The notes under the pieces are model-generated. The model searched no databases. It was not told the origin of the DNA and saw nothing but the letters and a program-made list of their open reading frames with translations. A DNA stretch of 61,416 bases, counting the filler, from Dugesia japonica (Eukaryota): the NCBI GenBank assembly GCA_001938525.1. It is 6 parts of 6 records of this genome, joined end to end, with 100 filler letters (N's around TTAATTAATTAA, not from the genome) between each part and the next. Parts side by side here need not be neighbours in the genome. Positions count along the whole stretch, not along the records: positions 44,186 to 52,874 come from MQRL01620609.1; positions 52,975 to 61,416 come from MQRL01480191.1; 4 more parts are not named here. The stretch is one strand, 5' to 3'. How positions within the stretch are numbered: position 1 is the first letter of the stretch; every line of letters begins with the position of its first letter. Made by a program: the position numbers and the translations under genes. Shown here piece after piece: positions 47,511 through 61,416 of this stretch.

Positions 47511-50500
47511 ACATATAACGAATCAATTATTTTGACAACACNNNNNNNNNNNNNNNNNNNNNNNNNNNNNNNNNNNNNNNNNNNNNNNNNNNNNNNNNNN
47601 NNNNNNNNNNNNNNNNNNNNNNNNNNNNNNNNNNNNNNNNNNNNNNNNNNNNNNNNNNNNNNNNNNNNNNNNNNNNNNNNNNNNNNNNNNNNNNNNNNNN
47701 NNNNNNNNNNNNNNNNNNNNNNNNNNNNNNNNTTCTATTACGAATATCTGAAATATAATTTTGAAATGAATCTATTTTTAAATTTAAATTGTGGCATAAT
47801 AGTAGTAAATGGCTACTTGTGAAATTTATTCTATTGCATAATTAATCCACACTTAATAAGTATGGCTTTGGACCAATTACATATTCATCTTCATGTATCT
47901 CGACATTACGTAATTACTATGTTACATAATATTTATTCCTTAATATTTAAAAATTGAAATCGATTAAAAAAAAATTTAAAACTCTTTTTTTTATTACCAT
48001 AAATATTGTAAAACATTCAATCAATTGATCTTTGCAATTGAAAATAAATTTTACTTATTAAATTTGTTTTTGAAAACATTTGTTTAATTTACAGATCAAT
48101 GGAAAAGTAATTTTTAGATAATAAAATATTTTGAAATGAAAATTTTAAAATTTTCGTTTCTGAAATGAAATTTAATAATGGTTTGCACCACATTTCCGAG
48201 AAAATGTTCAATAAAGTTTAAATTTAATATTAGCTACCAATGAAAATTAATTTTAATCACATTAATTTAAATTGTGTTTCTATTTAAACGTTTATAACCA
48301 GAATGAATTNNNNNNNNNNNNNNNNNNNNNNNNNNNNNNNNNNNNNNNNNNNNNNNNNNNNNNNNNNNNNNNNNNNNNGTTTTGATCTTTGTAATAAAGA
48401 GCTGAAATAATATAAACATTCCATTAATTTCTCAACAGTTTTTCAAAAAATATATGATTAAGTTGCTTTTCTATAAATTGTAAAATGGAAATTGAACAAT
48501 CAATTATAGTTTCTTAACTTGCTTCATTAAATTCTTTTACAATATATTGCTTCAGAAATTTACTTCTTTGCCAGGAATCTGAACGGTAATGATGATTTCT
48601 ACTGAATTGAAATTCTCGATTGTAGTAGTGTTATAGCAATGTACAACCAACAAAATACTGAAGAATATCTATATCTAAACACTGAAATTTATGAGTCCGT
48701 CTTTTGTTGGATTGAGTTAAAATATCTGGAAAGAACATTTTTTTGAATTCATCTTTTTTTCTTAGCGCATTTAAGTTAATAAGTTTAAGTTCAAGTTAAT
48801 AAGTTGCATTTTATACTTAGTTTATACAGTATCATTTTCGATTCTCTTCTTGGATTTGTAAGATCCTTTGATATAGCTCGATATTTAGTGAACATATTGT
48901 TCTATTATTTTACTATTATTTCATTGATTCTCAGTTAATTTCTTTGAACTTGGTGCCAACGGAACTCCTTCAATAGTTTTACTTTTCTTCCTAGTTCTGG
49001 AATTGCTGCCAAGAGTATTTCTTTTTGTCGCCAAACTTTTTTCTTCTTCCATATATTTTTCCGGCCTTTCTTTTATCTTCATCGTCATTTCGTTTAGTTG
49101 TTGAAACTATAAAATTTAAAACTTATTTTCTATTTAAACAAAATCTATATATTTACCTCTATCTAGTAATATTAGTAATATTGGCAATATCTTGCAGTTC
49201 CTTCTAGATGGAGTGGTATCATATTAATCTTATCTTCCCTTTCCNATTTGCTTATCTAATCAGACTGAAATTTCTAATAAAATAAATAATTTTTTATTGA
49301 AATATTTACCGTTAAAATATGCAGTTACAAAATGGCAGAAAAATAATAAATTGGAGCGAATAATTCAACAAACTCTTATTAAAAAGTTCTTTAGTTTTTG
49401 AATTGTTATTATTTTATTTAAAATTAAAAATAAATTATTTTTATTTTTTCACATTTTTGTTTTAAAGTTTATTTTATTTTTAAAAACAATATAATGTATC
49501 TATCTCTTTTCAACTAGAGGAAAATAACTTCCAAATTTTTATAAACATATTGAATAGACCAAATGTCTTTATAAGTAAGCTATACAAGAAAGATCGCCGT
49601 ATTGTCCTACGTTCAGCAATATCATTCCAATATTTTACTGAACTTTACAAAAACACTTATTATCACATTGGCTCTAATCTTGTCCTAAATAGTTGTCTGA
49701 CTAACAAAATTATATTTAATGTCAAATATCTTTTCAAGTCTGGAAATTAATACACAGAGCTCGTATCAACCTCCTCCATTTCTTTAAATCAATAAGGAAG
49801 ATCGTCGCAACTGCTAACATTGTATAATGTCTGAGACCCGATCAAAGGTTCTTCAGTCTTAATATTACAATATTTAACTAATTACAGAAATACATGATGG
49901 GTATCTATCACTCCTTGTCAACGAACTGAAGTCTAAAGATACTGTTCTCATCGTTGACAAAATTTGTTCTTTAGTTTGTTAAGTAAATAGAAAAAGGATT
50001 GATCTGTCAATAGTCAACCTTTCCGAAAATATTATTATTACGGTAGATATGAAGTCCCCTCAAGACTGTCTAAAGTACCTCGTCAGTATTGATTCCTGCA
50101 ATATCTTGAAGTACAATTTGATATTAGAAATAGATAAAGCTAAGGATAATTTCCATATAAACATTAGAACACTTATTATTGTCACACTAGGTTATATGGG
50201 TTAGGTTACCGCTTTGAGATCCTACATAAACTTGGAATTAAAAACCCTAAAGGTTTTATAAATTGGATAGCTTTTTTGAATATCAAGACATTTTCTCATA
50301 TTTGGTACTAAAACAAATCAAACCAAATTTTTCTCTATAATACAAGAAAAATTATTCGTGATGAAAAACGATTGGTGGGAACAAGTCGCTGTNNNNNNNN
50401 NNNNNNNNNNNNNNNNNGGATAACGTGTTTGATAAAAAATCCACTGGTAGAAAGATATTGGTCAACATCAATGATTTTATAGGTGGATTACACATAAAAA

Positions 50501-50629
50501 TCCATTTTATTGAAATGAAATTTATAATTAATTATAATTAACATATAATTAGTTTATATTTCTGAACAAATTATACATTTGGTAGAATATTTCCTTTTTA
50601 AGTTTTTGCGTAATTATTGAGCTACGATA

Positions 50630-50878
50630 CAGAAGCGTAGCTAGTGTGTTTGGCGCCCGGGGACAAGATTCATATTTTGCNNNNCCCCCCCATTGAAAAA
50701 TTAAGGGTCATCCAATGTAACGGCTACTAAAATAAAGACTAATGAAGAAACTGATGCAGAGGAAACATGTGATTAATCAAGCAAGAATTAATACCAACGA
50801 AATACTATACACAATACAAATATTTCAAACCCATTTTGGGGACATTTGTCCTCCCCCTTCCTCCTAGCTACGCCTCTG
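50630..50878. mobile_element. hAT-type MITE
   Basis: TIRs CAGAAGCGTAGCTAG / CTAGCTACGCCTCTG with a perfect 8-bp TSD CTACGATA. Confidence 0.92.
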
Positions 50879-51263
50879 CTACGATATTCCATAATTGATA
50901 TAATTAAAAGTTTCAAATATTTTTAAACAAAGTAAGTATTGATATTTAAATGGTAGGATTTTATCATCAATTTTTTTCCTAAATTTTAAATATCACGTAT
51001 GAAATAACGATTAAAACAAATAATATATTAAAGAATAATGTAGATAAGTTTAATATTTGAAAGAATGTGATAAAGAAAATTATGAATTTCGTGGCATTCA
51101 TTTAGAATTTATTCCAAGATTGTATTTATTTGACCAGGTTATTGTTTCAGGANNNNNNNNNNNNNNNNNNNNNNNNNNNNNNNNNNNNNNNNNNNNNNNN
51201 NNNNNNNNNNNNNNNNNNNNNNNNNNNNNNNNNNNNNNNNNNNNNNNNNNNNNACAAATAGAA

Positions 51264-52442
51264 TTACTTTAATATTCTTGTCATTGAAATCGTGTATTCA
51301 TCTTTAAAATCTCTTAATTCTGCCCACAAATCAGAAAACAACTTTAAATCATCAATACAAAAACAGCATCTGTCCCTGTTATCCCACTTAACACCAACAT
51401 TTACATTATTATTCATTGGATGGTCAAGAAGAAACAAAATGAAATTCCAAAATAGCAAATCAGAGTTCAATTCTGAATGTGAGCTGTTCTGCAGAAATCT
51501 AATTGAATTGAATTGCTTCATATTAAGAGAAGAATGCAAAAGACTTTTCATAATTACAAGATTATTCTTTTCCATATTTCGACGATGTTCTAAATTTCCA
51601 ACGGAAACGGATTCTGAAGACTTATTAAATTTGTTAATTAGTGGGAAATCAGTTGGACCAAAATCAGTTACAATTTTTACTTTCCGTTTACGTTTATTAT
51701 TTATTCGTTCATTAGTAAAATCAACTGAAAATCCAATGAATTAAATAAAATTTCAATCTAGAAAATCTAAACAAACCTAAACCATCTTTATCAGCTTGAT
51801 AATTATTATTAGTTTCATTTGAATTNNNNNNNNNNNNNNNNNNNNNNNNNNNNNNNNNNNNNNNNNNNNNNNNNNNNNNNNNNNNNNNNNNNTGATTAGT
51901 AACTTGTCTATTGGTAAAGTGGTCTGGATCCAAGTTAGTATAAGTTTCAAATTCCGATAATTCTATAACTGAAATGCTAATATTAGAAATTTAATTGGAA
52001 AATTGTAGAAACTACCATTATAATTAGATATTTTATTTGGAATCTGATTTTGATATATTGGATGAATAGAATCAATTGTGATATTTGGTTTCGTTTTTAT
52101 TTGGAATAAATTACTCTCAAATNNNNNNNNNNNNNNNNNNNNNNNNNNNNNNNNNNNNNNNNNNNNNNNNNNNNNNNNNNNNNNNNNNNNNNNNNNNNNN
52201 NNNNNNNNNNNNNNNNNNNNNNNNNNNNNNNNNNNNNNAGGTAATTGGTTATTATTTGATGGGGAACTTGTTTCTTCAAAAATATTGAATAAATCGTCAC
52301 ACTGGTTTGTACTTTGATCTTCACCAGATGGAACTATTTCCGGTGTTTTCAATGTATCGGTTTGAACATGATCATTCACTGAAGGATTTGTGTCATCCTC
52401 GTCCCAAATCGAGTCCCATAATTCGTCTAAATCTTGATTCAT
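51264..52442 (-). CDS. Divergent ETS-like transcription factor, multi-exon; 3' end obscured by Ns
   Basis: Acidic N-terminus, KRKRK basic patch, LFWNFILFLLDHP...VKW....CFCIDD...LWA matching the ETS W-W-W pattern. Confidence 0.65.
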
Positions 52443-52874
52443 TGTTTTTTAAAATATACTAATTTTATCGGAAATGATATATATATGTGATTAATAAATA
52501 CAGGAAATTCCTGAAAAAAATATTTAAATATATTTTAATTTTGTATTTCCGTAAATTATTTTGTAATTTTTTACTATCGAAACTTTATTTAGTTTATATA
52601 TATGTTGGGGTTTTACTTTTTTTACGTTGATGATTTAGGTAATTAATTCTAGGGGGTCCATCTTTATATAAAATCAGGTCTAGGGTCATTGATTTNNNNN
52701 NNNNNNNNNNNNNNNNNNNNNNNATCTGGTGTCCCCCAAAAATCCAGATCTTCGGAATGAAGCCGTTGACTCGTAGCTCGAGTACAGACTCGCATTCATC
52801 TAGTTCGGGTTCGTTCACATGATACTCGCTTAACTTTCCAATCGAGATTAACTTGCACGATTATCCTGTAATAA

Positions 52875-52974
52875 NNNNNNNNNNNNNNNNNNNNNNNNNN
52901 NNNNNNNNNNNNNNNNNNTTAATTAATTAANNNNNNNNNNNNNNNNNNNNNNNNNNNNNNNNNNNNNNNNNNNN
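52875..52974. other. Artificial contig-joining linker
   Basis: N-TTAATTAATTAA-N. Confidence 0.95.
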
Positions 52975-53574
52975 TCAGCTGACAATAATCAAAAATTCGA
53001 ATTACTAACAACTAAAAAAATATTAAAAACCAAAATATTGATCGAAGCTTATAATTTATGAAATTCGAATACTAATTTGATAATTTATACTTTATTTCAA
53101 AATTCCTATAAAGTTAATTATTTGTGTTTTGCAAAGTATAATCGAGAAAAAAATGCATAATAATTTCCATTATTATTCCAGTCATGGTTTTAATTAATAT
53201 TAAACTTTAAGACATGTTTCTATTTGAAGGATAAATATTATATAAAAAGTGAATCTGTATTTTGTGAATACTAGATAAATAAATTGTGACTACTCTCAAA
53301 TTAAGAGTTGTCAGTAATTTTGCAGAATAATAGTAAAAGTAAAATTAATCAGCCATTTTTCTAAGCAGCCTCAGTAGCTAAATAATAAATAAAACAGTGG
53401 ACTTACTAATTTTTGTAGAAATCACTTATATTCTAAATAATTTTAGCAAATGTTTAAAAAAAGTAAAAGAAGTATATTAGTTTTTTTTTCCTAAGATATG
53501 TTTATCAAAATGTAAAAATTTATTTTGCCTCATTCTTCTATTGCTGAAAAATTAATTCCTAAAATTAAATTTAG

Positions 53575-53749
53575 AATATCCTATGTGGAAATTTATAACG
53601 AACAAATATGTGATTTACTTTCGAATTTTAATAACGAAGGGGAACAAACATTAACGGTGTTAGAAGACGAAAAAGGAGCTACTTGGGTAAAAGGATTGGG
53701 ATGCCATTTAGCTCAGTCAGAAGAAGAAGCTTTGAATTTTTTATTTGAA
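53575..53749 (+). CDS. KIF9: Kinesin-9 motor exon
   Basis: ISYVEIYNEQICDLL...VKGLGCHLAQSEEEALNFLFE with AG/GT boundaries; KIF6 not fully excluded. Confidence 0.8.
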
Positions 53750-55491
53750 GTAAATTTAAAATATCATTTAATATTATATTAAAATAAAAACAATATTTAT
53801 ATCGTGTCAATTTTATAATTTATTTATTATTTTTATTTCAAGTAATAATTGTTTTCTTAATTAGTATTATATAACTTTTATGAAATTACATACGAAAATT
53901 TTAACGAACAAATTTATTCATTCAGATAAAGAACACAAGTTCTGACAATCATCAGTCTTAGAACAAATACAAAAAATAAGCAACGGTTTTAAGAGTTTTA
54001 ATAGTTTTCAACAAAACCTGTTTGTGCATTATTTGATTAACCAATTTGTGTTCACACATATTTTTTAAAATATATTTTTTTAATATATTTTTTAGGCTTT
54101 CTTATTAAGTGAATAAATAATATTACAATAACTTTGGGAACTTCCACAAGTTCACATTACACTATAAAACCATTAAGATAATATATTCTCATTATATATC
54201 CCCCATTCTCAGATTTCTAAAGCGTACATAAATTAGTACAGTGAATACAGGTGAGTTAATCTTTTGATTTTTAAAAAATTTGTTTTGAAAATTTTTGTGC
54301 TTCTTTTGGTACTTGTTTTTTATTCCACCTCAAAATATTTTAAATTAAAAAAAGATTTATAATTTTAATATATTGACTGTTATTGATTGCAGAAAGTTAA
54401 GATAATAATTTAGTTATTCTAATCCAATGAATTTTCTAACACTTTCAGAAATAGTTAATGACAAACAATCAAGCGTTGCATATCTCCAACAATATAGAAT
54501 TTTGCACAATACCAGTGTTGTTGTGCTCGGGTGAAATTTAATATCATTGGAGATGCAGACGACGTTAGTGCGGATGGATTTTCCACTGAGAGATCGTATG
54601 TTGTTACTAGGATCAAAATTAGACTATCGTTAAATTATATTATTTATTTATTGCTGGTTAAAGGAATTCACAACGATTACTTTTTGTGAAGAAGAATTGG
54701 ACATTAAATAAATATGTTATTTTTTGGAACAATCTCTTGTAATTATTTATTTCAGTGAAAATTAACTCTTAGTTTATGTATTTAAAATTAATATTCTAAA
54801 AGAAAGTTAAAATTAAATTATAGCATTTATAAATAATTTTGAAATTTTTCTAAAAATCCTAAATTGATTTATAAATGCTACACATAGCCTTTACTGTAAA
54901 AGGGTCCACAAAACAAAAAGGCTAGAAACCTCTGTTTTAGAAGTTTTTATAGTTATGTTGTCAATTAAAGTGATAAAATTAGTTACTTATTATTTATTTA
55001 TTAGTGAAAAAGAGTGAAGCAATTAAAAAAAACGTTAATCGTAATATCCGCTTCAACTTTCAATTATAAAAATTACATCGTAACAAATTACAATAGCTAC
55101 CTTATTTAATAATATTATTAAGAACACAGAATACATCGTTCTATCATTTTATTTCGATATTTTTGTAAAAGAACTCAGAAAATCACTTTGGATCAACATT
55201 TTACGGCAAAAATTACGAAGTTTTAAAAAGAAATTTAAATTTAGTACTTTTTATTATTTTTTTTTATTTATTTTCAAGATATTATCTTTTTAAAATACAA
55301 TTTTCTTATTAATTCGAAATTCATTATTTCAATCGTTTGTTTTTGGTTATAAACTCAATAGTCAAATTATTTATATAGCATTTATATATTAATTTAGGAT
55401 TTTTATAAAAATTCTATAATTTAATTTTAACAATACTGTATAATTGAAAAAGAGTATTTACTTGTTAAAATAAAAACAATATTTTTTCCAG

Positions 55492-55668
55492 GGAGAGTCA
55501 AATCGAACTACAGCAGCCCACATATTGAATAAACGTTCATCGAGGTCACATTGCATTTTTACCGTCTATTTGGAATCGCGGTCCAAAATACAATCTCAAG
55601 CAAATTTTTCAGTAGCAAAATTACAATTTGTGGATTTGGCAGGTTCTGAAAGACTTCAAAAAACACAA
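55492..55668 (+). CDS. KIF9: Kinesin-9 motor exon (switch I/II)
   Basis: GESNR...SSRSHCIFTVYLE...VDLAGSERL, in phase with the previous exon. Confidence 0.85.
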
Positions 55669-56639
55669 GTAATGCTTTATATTATAAAATTAAAATGAAC
55701 TATACGGTCTTAATTAAATGTTTCGTCAAATTATATTTTTAATATATTTTAGTAATTTTCGATGAATACGGTAAGTTCACAAGAATTTTTTCACTTAAAA
55801 ATTAACTTTACTTTTTTACATTCTAAAAATATATATTCCGATTTGTTTTTTTACTTCTTTATATTCTCTATTACAATACTGAATTACAAATTGAAGACAC
55901 TTCTTAGAAATAAAAGATTTTTTTGCTAATTTATTATCAGTATTGTTTTTATTTTTAATTTTCTTAATACTTGTTTTAAAAGGAGTCAAGGTTTTTTAAA
56001 AAATTAATTTATGAAAAGATTTTATTGTATCCCTCATTATTTAAAAGGTTACTGTTAGATGAGTTTATTACACTCATCGTTGAATTCAAAGGACCAACAC
56101 TTTTCATATCCAAAATTTATTACAACAAAATACAACACAAAAAACAGAATACAAATTTGTCTTTTTAAACAAATTTAAAAAATTTATATATGAGACTAAA
56201 ATAAAAAAAGTATTAGTTTATAAAAAATATTTCATCAATAAATTTAAAAATATAATAACAATATATTTTAAAAGAAAATCAGTAATTAATGTATATCAGA
56301 AATTTAATAATTTATAAACTACAAATTAAAATTATAAAATTTAACAATTTATAACTAACAAATTAAAAAATCACAAACTTATTAAATTTCTTCAAATAAT
56401 TAATAAATTAAAAAATATATTTAATTTTTAAACATTTCATTACATAAAAATTAAATATTTATTTCACAAACTTTTATGATGATTTAATTTAAAAATTAGT
56501 CTCAAATTACAAATAATTTAAATCCGCATTTTTAAAATCAACCCTTCAGTTACTACTGAAAGTGTTTTATTACATTTAATACATTTCCCAAAAATTATAA
56601 ATATGTGGAAAAATTTATATCTGAATTATTAATTCGTAG

Positions 56640-57760
56640 ATCTAGAATCTCGTCTAGCAATAACTCCTCAATATTACCCAAAGCTGTTTTTCGTCCTCCC
56701 CTGTTATTCTAATTTTTGATGATGACTCGTCTTTAATCTTATATCTATTTTTAAACCACTTTTAAAGTACTGATTGATCATAGCTAACCTTATCTCGGCA
56801 TTGGAAATATCATTTGACTTTGTAACAGAAATTTCCTTTTTCCATATAATCTTTCTAAACCATCCTTCAAATGATATTGTCTCTTTCTCTGTAACATGTT
56901 GGATTATTTTTTCTATTTCTCGATAGAGGTTTTTAATCTTTGTATACAGCTTTAAGATTTGAAAAATATTGCTCTATTGAAATGGGCTAAAAATAACAAG
57001 CAGGTAAATAAAAACAAATAATTCATCTTTTGAATCTAATAATTCGTTTACATCTACACCGACAATTATTCATTACAAAAATATTATACTATCATCACAA
57101 TTTTGAAGCAATCCATTCTTGATCAAATTCATTAATCCAGTTCGTCAAATGAACCCTTTTTTGATATCATATAAAACTATTCCTACTCATCTAATTGTTA
57201 AGGCCAAATTTATATTTTTTCGGTGATTCTCAGGAATTGTCTTGTAACACTTGCTGCTGATAGAGGAACAACCATGACATAAAGGTTAAAACCCGCCTAA
57301 GAAAAAAAATGCCAACCTATTGTTTGATATGGTTATGTATATTTCCTGAATTTTCTTTGTCAAATATCAATTTTTCTGATGCTATTTCTTTTTTAAAGTG
57401 CCTTTTATACTCTTTTTAAGGAAAATTTACCTTCTTAATGCATCTTGAGATTAAAGAAATACTGGTGGTTATATTCTTGATCAAATTTTATTGCTCAGGG
57501 AGTTTGGCATAAGTACTGGATCTCTGATCAATATAGACTTTGTCTCTAATTTCATATCAACATAAATTATTTAGGTCTTTCTTTTTTAGTATCTAATCTT
57601 TCTGCATATGTTAATTCTGCTAGAATTTTGTTGATTAATTTCTGTGCTGTTCCGTTGTTTATCCCTGCTTCTTTGTCTGTTTTTTAATGATGTTTTTCAG
57701 TATCTCTTTGTTTATAATTGCTCTTCATTTTCTTTGATAATTTTTATCCATAAATAATTT
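56640..57760 (-). mobile_element. Heavily degraded non-LTR retrotransposon fragment
   Basis: Weak RT and C-terminal-like fragments (ISNAEIR, GGRK); many stops. Confidence 0.35.
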
Positions 57761-58283
57761 TAGATACTGTAAAAAATTAATTTTAATGATATTATTATTT
57801 TAAATCTTTAATTGCAATAATTTTTCCATATATTTTTGTAAATTATTCTAAAAAAATGTATTTATATTTTGAGAAAATTTATTTATATTTATGGGAAATC
57901 CTATAAATCAAATGATACTTTACTAATTATCATAAACAATATTAATTAAATAAAAGGTACCTGAATACAATTTTACAACGATAAAGTATAAAATGACTTT
58001 TTAATACGACCGATTATTTTTAAAACATTATTCAGCTTATTAAAACGGTTAGAATGAACAATTTATTAAAAATAACATTTAAAAACAATATTTTTTGCAA
58101 TATACAACAATTTAGAAGCATTCTTATTTAAATAATTTAAACTGGTAGCCAAAAGCAAAGGTATTGAAGGCATCACAATGCTACATTAATGTAAAAATTG
58201 AGCACTACTTTTTTAAATCTTGTTTCATATTTGTTGTTTTAAATATTTTGTAACTAGGAAATAGTTGACATTATAATATAAGC

Positions 58284-58685
58284 CAGTTCTTCGCAACCGA
58301 TACAGGTGTGCCGAGGTCAAAACAAATTCTAACTAAATAATTTTTCAAAGATCCTTTTTTAGAAAGAAAATAACGGGAATATGTGCAATAAAGAGAATAC
58401 CTGTAATAAAAAAATACTTTTAATAAAATATATTGAAGAATTAGAATATAAAACTTTTGTGTATATTGAAAAGAGCGAATATATCGCATTAATCAGTTAT
58501 TATTCTATAATAATTAAAGAGATTTCATAAAAGAAAATATAGTCTGGTTTTATGTATGCTTATTTAACAAATCAAAAAAAAATTATGTTTCGAATTATTA
58601 TCTATATAGTTTAGTTTTTGATGTGCCGCAGAATTTCGGGGAAAACTTTGGTGTGCCTTAGGAGAGAAAAGGTTGCGGTGCACTA
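58284..58685. mobile_element. hAT-type MITE
   Basis: Imperfect TIRs CAGTTCTTCGCAACC / GGTTGCGGTGCACTA, subterminal GTGTGCC motifs, 8-bp TSD ATATAAGC/ATATAACC. Confidence 0.8.
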
Positions 58686-59249
58686 ATATAACCTAATCGA
58701 TTAAATTTATTCAGGTGATTTAACAGACAAGGTTTATTGTAAAATTTTATTCGGGTTAATTAACAAACAAGTAACGAATTAAATTTTTTTCTGATAATTT
58801 TATAGTTAATATTTTAATTATTGAATTATTAAATTAGTTTTTTTAATTTCCAAAAAGATTTTTTTCAGAAAATTTGAAGTTTATTTACAAAGATTTTTTG
58901 AAAATCGCGTATTTTTATTATTCCGCATGTATTTGGCTCAATGGAATTTTATTAAAGTATTTTAATTATTTAATTCACTTTTGTAAGTTTGAATACGATC
59001 ACATATTTTAACTGAACGATTTAGATTCTCACTGTGAATCAATATATAAAAATAATTTTTCATTTATTAATCCAATGAAATCATAATGACTTAATATTGA
59101 AAACAAATTTATTATATAATACAATAATATAATCTTCAAAATAAATAAATAAATAACTTAAAAAACGATATTCCAATATTTCCAAAGAAACGCGCCATTA
59201 ATAATTATTTGGGTAAAGAAATATTTGTAGCTTGACCTATTAAATGGAT

Positions 59250-59800
59250 CTATAAAATCAACGATAGCCTCAATTAAAAAGCAAAATTATCCCTATTAGA
59301 TACTTTCTAAATTAGCAATAGTTAATTTTAAAGTTCTTGTTCATTTATGTCCACATAAAAATATTCACTATCCGATAACTAATCATTATTCTTTTATACA
59401 TTGGAAAATTTAATAAATTTATTGTCATAACATCAAAATTATTTAAATAGCGTCGAGATTTCACTAAAGAAGATGGAAACATTTCGTAAATCACATTCCA
59501 ATGTATTTGGTTGGAATGTTCAATACTTATGAGATTGTGCAAAATACGGATTAGCTGATTAGTACGCATGAGCTGTCTCTCGCGTTTTTATGATCCAGAC
59601 CAGATGTACAATTATGAATGGTGTATCCACACCTGTTATTATTCTTTATGTACCTCTCTGTGTAAGCTACATCATTACTGAAATACAAAATTTGAATTAT
59701 CATATTTTTAAAGTTTAACAATGTTAGTTAGGATAAGGGGCTTCTGTTATTATTGATGAAACAAACACAGGCCTATTCTGGTCCCTAACTAAAATTGCCT
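59250..59800 (-). mobile_element. Possible hAT transposase remnant
   Basis: CGYTIHNC and IHWNVIYEMF weakly resemble hAT CxxH and TRWNS motifs. Confidence 0.3.
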
Positions 59801-61416
59801 GACTTTATGTGTGATCGTTTACACTTAATTTTTTCAACTATGTGAGTGGTTTTGAAGTGAGTTGAAATTTTTGTGCTTTGATTGGGAATTATTTTTTAAA
59901 AAATCTCTTATTTTATAAATTGGAAGTCACAAATTAATCAAGAAATTAAAATAAATTAAATTAAGTTTTGGTACGAAAATGTGTAGTTAAAGATTAATTC
60001 AAATATTTTTATAAAAATATTTATATAGTTTAAAAATTTTTAAAATTAAGAATTAAATATTTTAGTAGCGACTGATGTTTTTTTTAAAAATTTTTGTGAA
60101 AGTTTTTTTATAAAAAAATTTTGAAAACAGATAATTATTTGCTTAAATTTTCGAAGTCTTTTAAATAAAGTTTTAATTTAAAATTTATTGGAAAATAATT
60201 CCCAATTAAAGCATGGATTTTAATTTGTTTGTTTAAGCCAGTAATGATGTTATAGTTTTTATTTTAATAAATTTATGGAGTTGAATTCTGATGTTAATGA
60301 TTCGATTAGTTTTCCAAGCTCTCATAACAAACTACATTTAATCGACCAATACAAGTTATACTATCATTGTCACAATGAACCAGCTGACATTTTAGTCATC
60401 TACAAGATATTGATGGACTCTAATAATATTAAATGAGCCCATCTATCAACTCAAGCATATCATACATATGTTTTGTTTGAATAATCTTCCAATTAAATCA
60501 TAATTTAATAATTAATTAAATCATTTATATATTGTGATATTAAACAAGTCAAATTCATTAATCGGAAAATTAAAGTTATATCGTTATAAAGTTATACCCT
60601 TATTAAATATTTAGTATCAGCATGAAAATTCACACCTGGTGATTACGTCACTTAATTTATTCTTAATTTTATTCACCTTTTTTAGCCGAAAGGTATATAA
60701 TCATTTAGTTACAGATAATTGGCCGTGTAAGTTAATTTGCATCAGTAAAACATTGTTGCCTATGTTGATATATTTTCTAGAAATGTGGTTGAAAAAAACC
60801 TTGTAACTGAGGATTTTTTTAACGTAAAAATTAATGTTTGCAATCACAATTATCTACGATTAGTTTTAAAGGGCGATGATAATAAAAATAAACTTTTAAA
60901 TCCATTCAAAGTAGAGTTACCTACAGATCTTTCATTTATAGCAAATAATAATAAAATAATTGAAAAAATACTCACATGACAAAATAATTAATTGATGTGA
61001 TTATAGTACAATAAAATAATTAAATGTTTAAACGTTTAATAAAGAAAGCATTATATGTGTACCATACTTTTAATCCCCGTTCTATAAATGAAATAGATTT
61101 CCAAGTAATGTTTTGGTTTGTACAGAATCTTTATACAACCGAAGTGTTCTCGCATGCAACGAAAAGTTTTTAAAACTAAATTCAATATCGCCAGTTATCA
61201 AGCGTCACATGATATTCTGGTGATTTCATCCTGTTTAGCATTCTTCAAATCCTTCCATCCTCACTTGCAACGGTTTCATATTAATTTTAAAGGTTTTCTG
61301 CGTTATTTTTTTTACAGAATTAACATGTTAATACTATTATTATTATTATTAGGGGTTGGGCCTACATACCCTACATTAAAAACACTTTCTTCTGTTGATA
61401 AAATTTATTTCTAAAA

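Noticed and set aside
48600-49330. Possible small-intron gene on the minus strand
   Set aside because: No consistent frame or family could be established.
49520-50480. Possible LINE RT remnant
   Set aside because: Too degraded to support by eye.
51292-51744. 150-aa plus-strand ORF
   Set aside because: Antisense shadow of the ETS-like exon.
52594-52874. GC-richer segment with short hairpins
   Set aside because: Cut by Ns and the contig end; no definable element.

Overview
Very AT-rich animal (invertebrate-like) genomic DNA with many transposon remnants and host genes carrying ~35-50 bp introns. The window is not one locus: N-run/TTAATTAATTAA/N-run linkers at ~11891-11990, 21381-21480, 31766-31865, 44086-44185 and 52875-52974 join six separate contigs. 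Contig 1 holds Ty3/Gypsy pol fragments and a decayed Polinton/Maverick (adintovirus-like) element: pPolB with an endonuclease VII-like insert, a membrane protein, a fiber-like ORF, an adenain protease, a penton, and a zinc-finger/parvovirus-type PLA2/integrase ORF. Contig 2 holds a 364-bp foldback element, gag and mariner remnants, and an LTR element with LTR, PBS, gag and a chuvirus-like envelope gene but no recognisable pol. Contig 3 holds Penelope elements with minimal hammerhead motifs, Tc1/mariner and Gypsy remnants, and an intact permuted papain-fold ORF. Contig 4 holds part of a DMXL/Rabconnectin-3A gene. Contig 5 holds a secreted Ig-like gene, CEP19 and a divergent ETS-like gene. Contig 6 holds KIF9 exons and MITEs. 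All protein calls come from motif recognition by eye, not from database searches, and boundaries of decayed elements are approximate.
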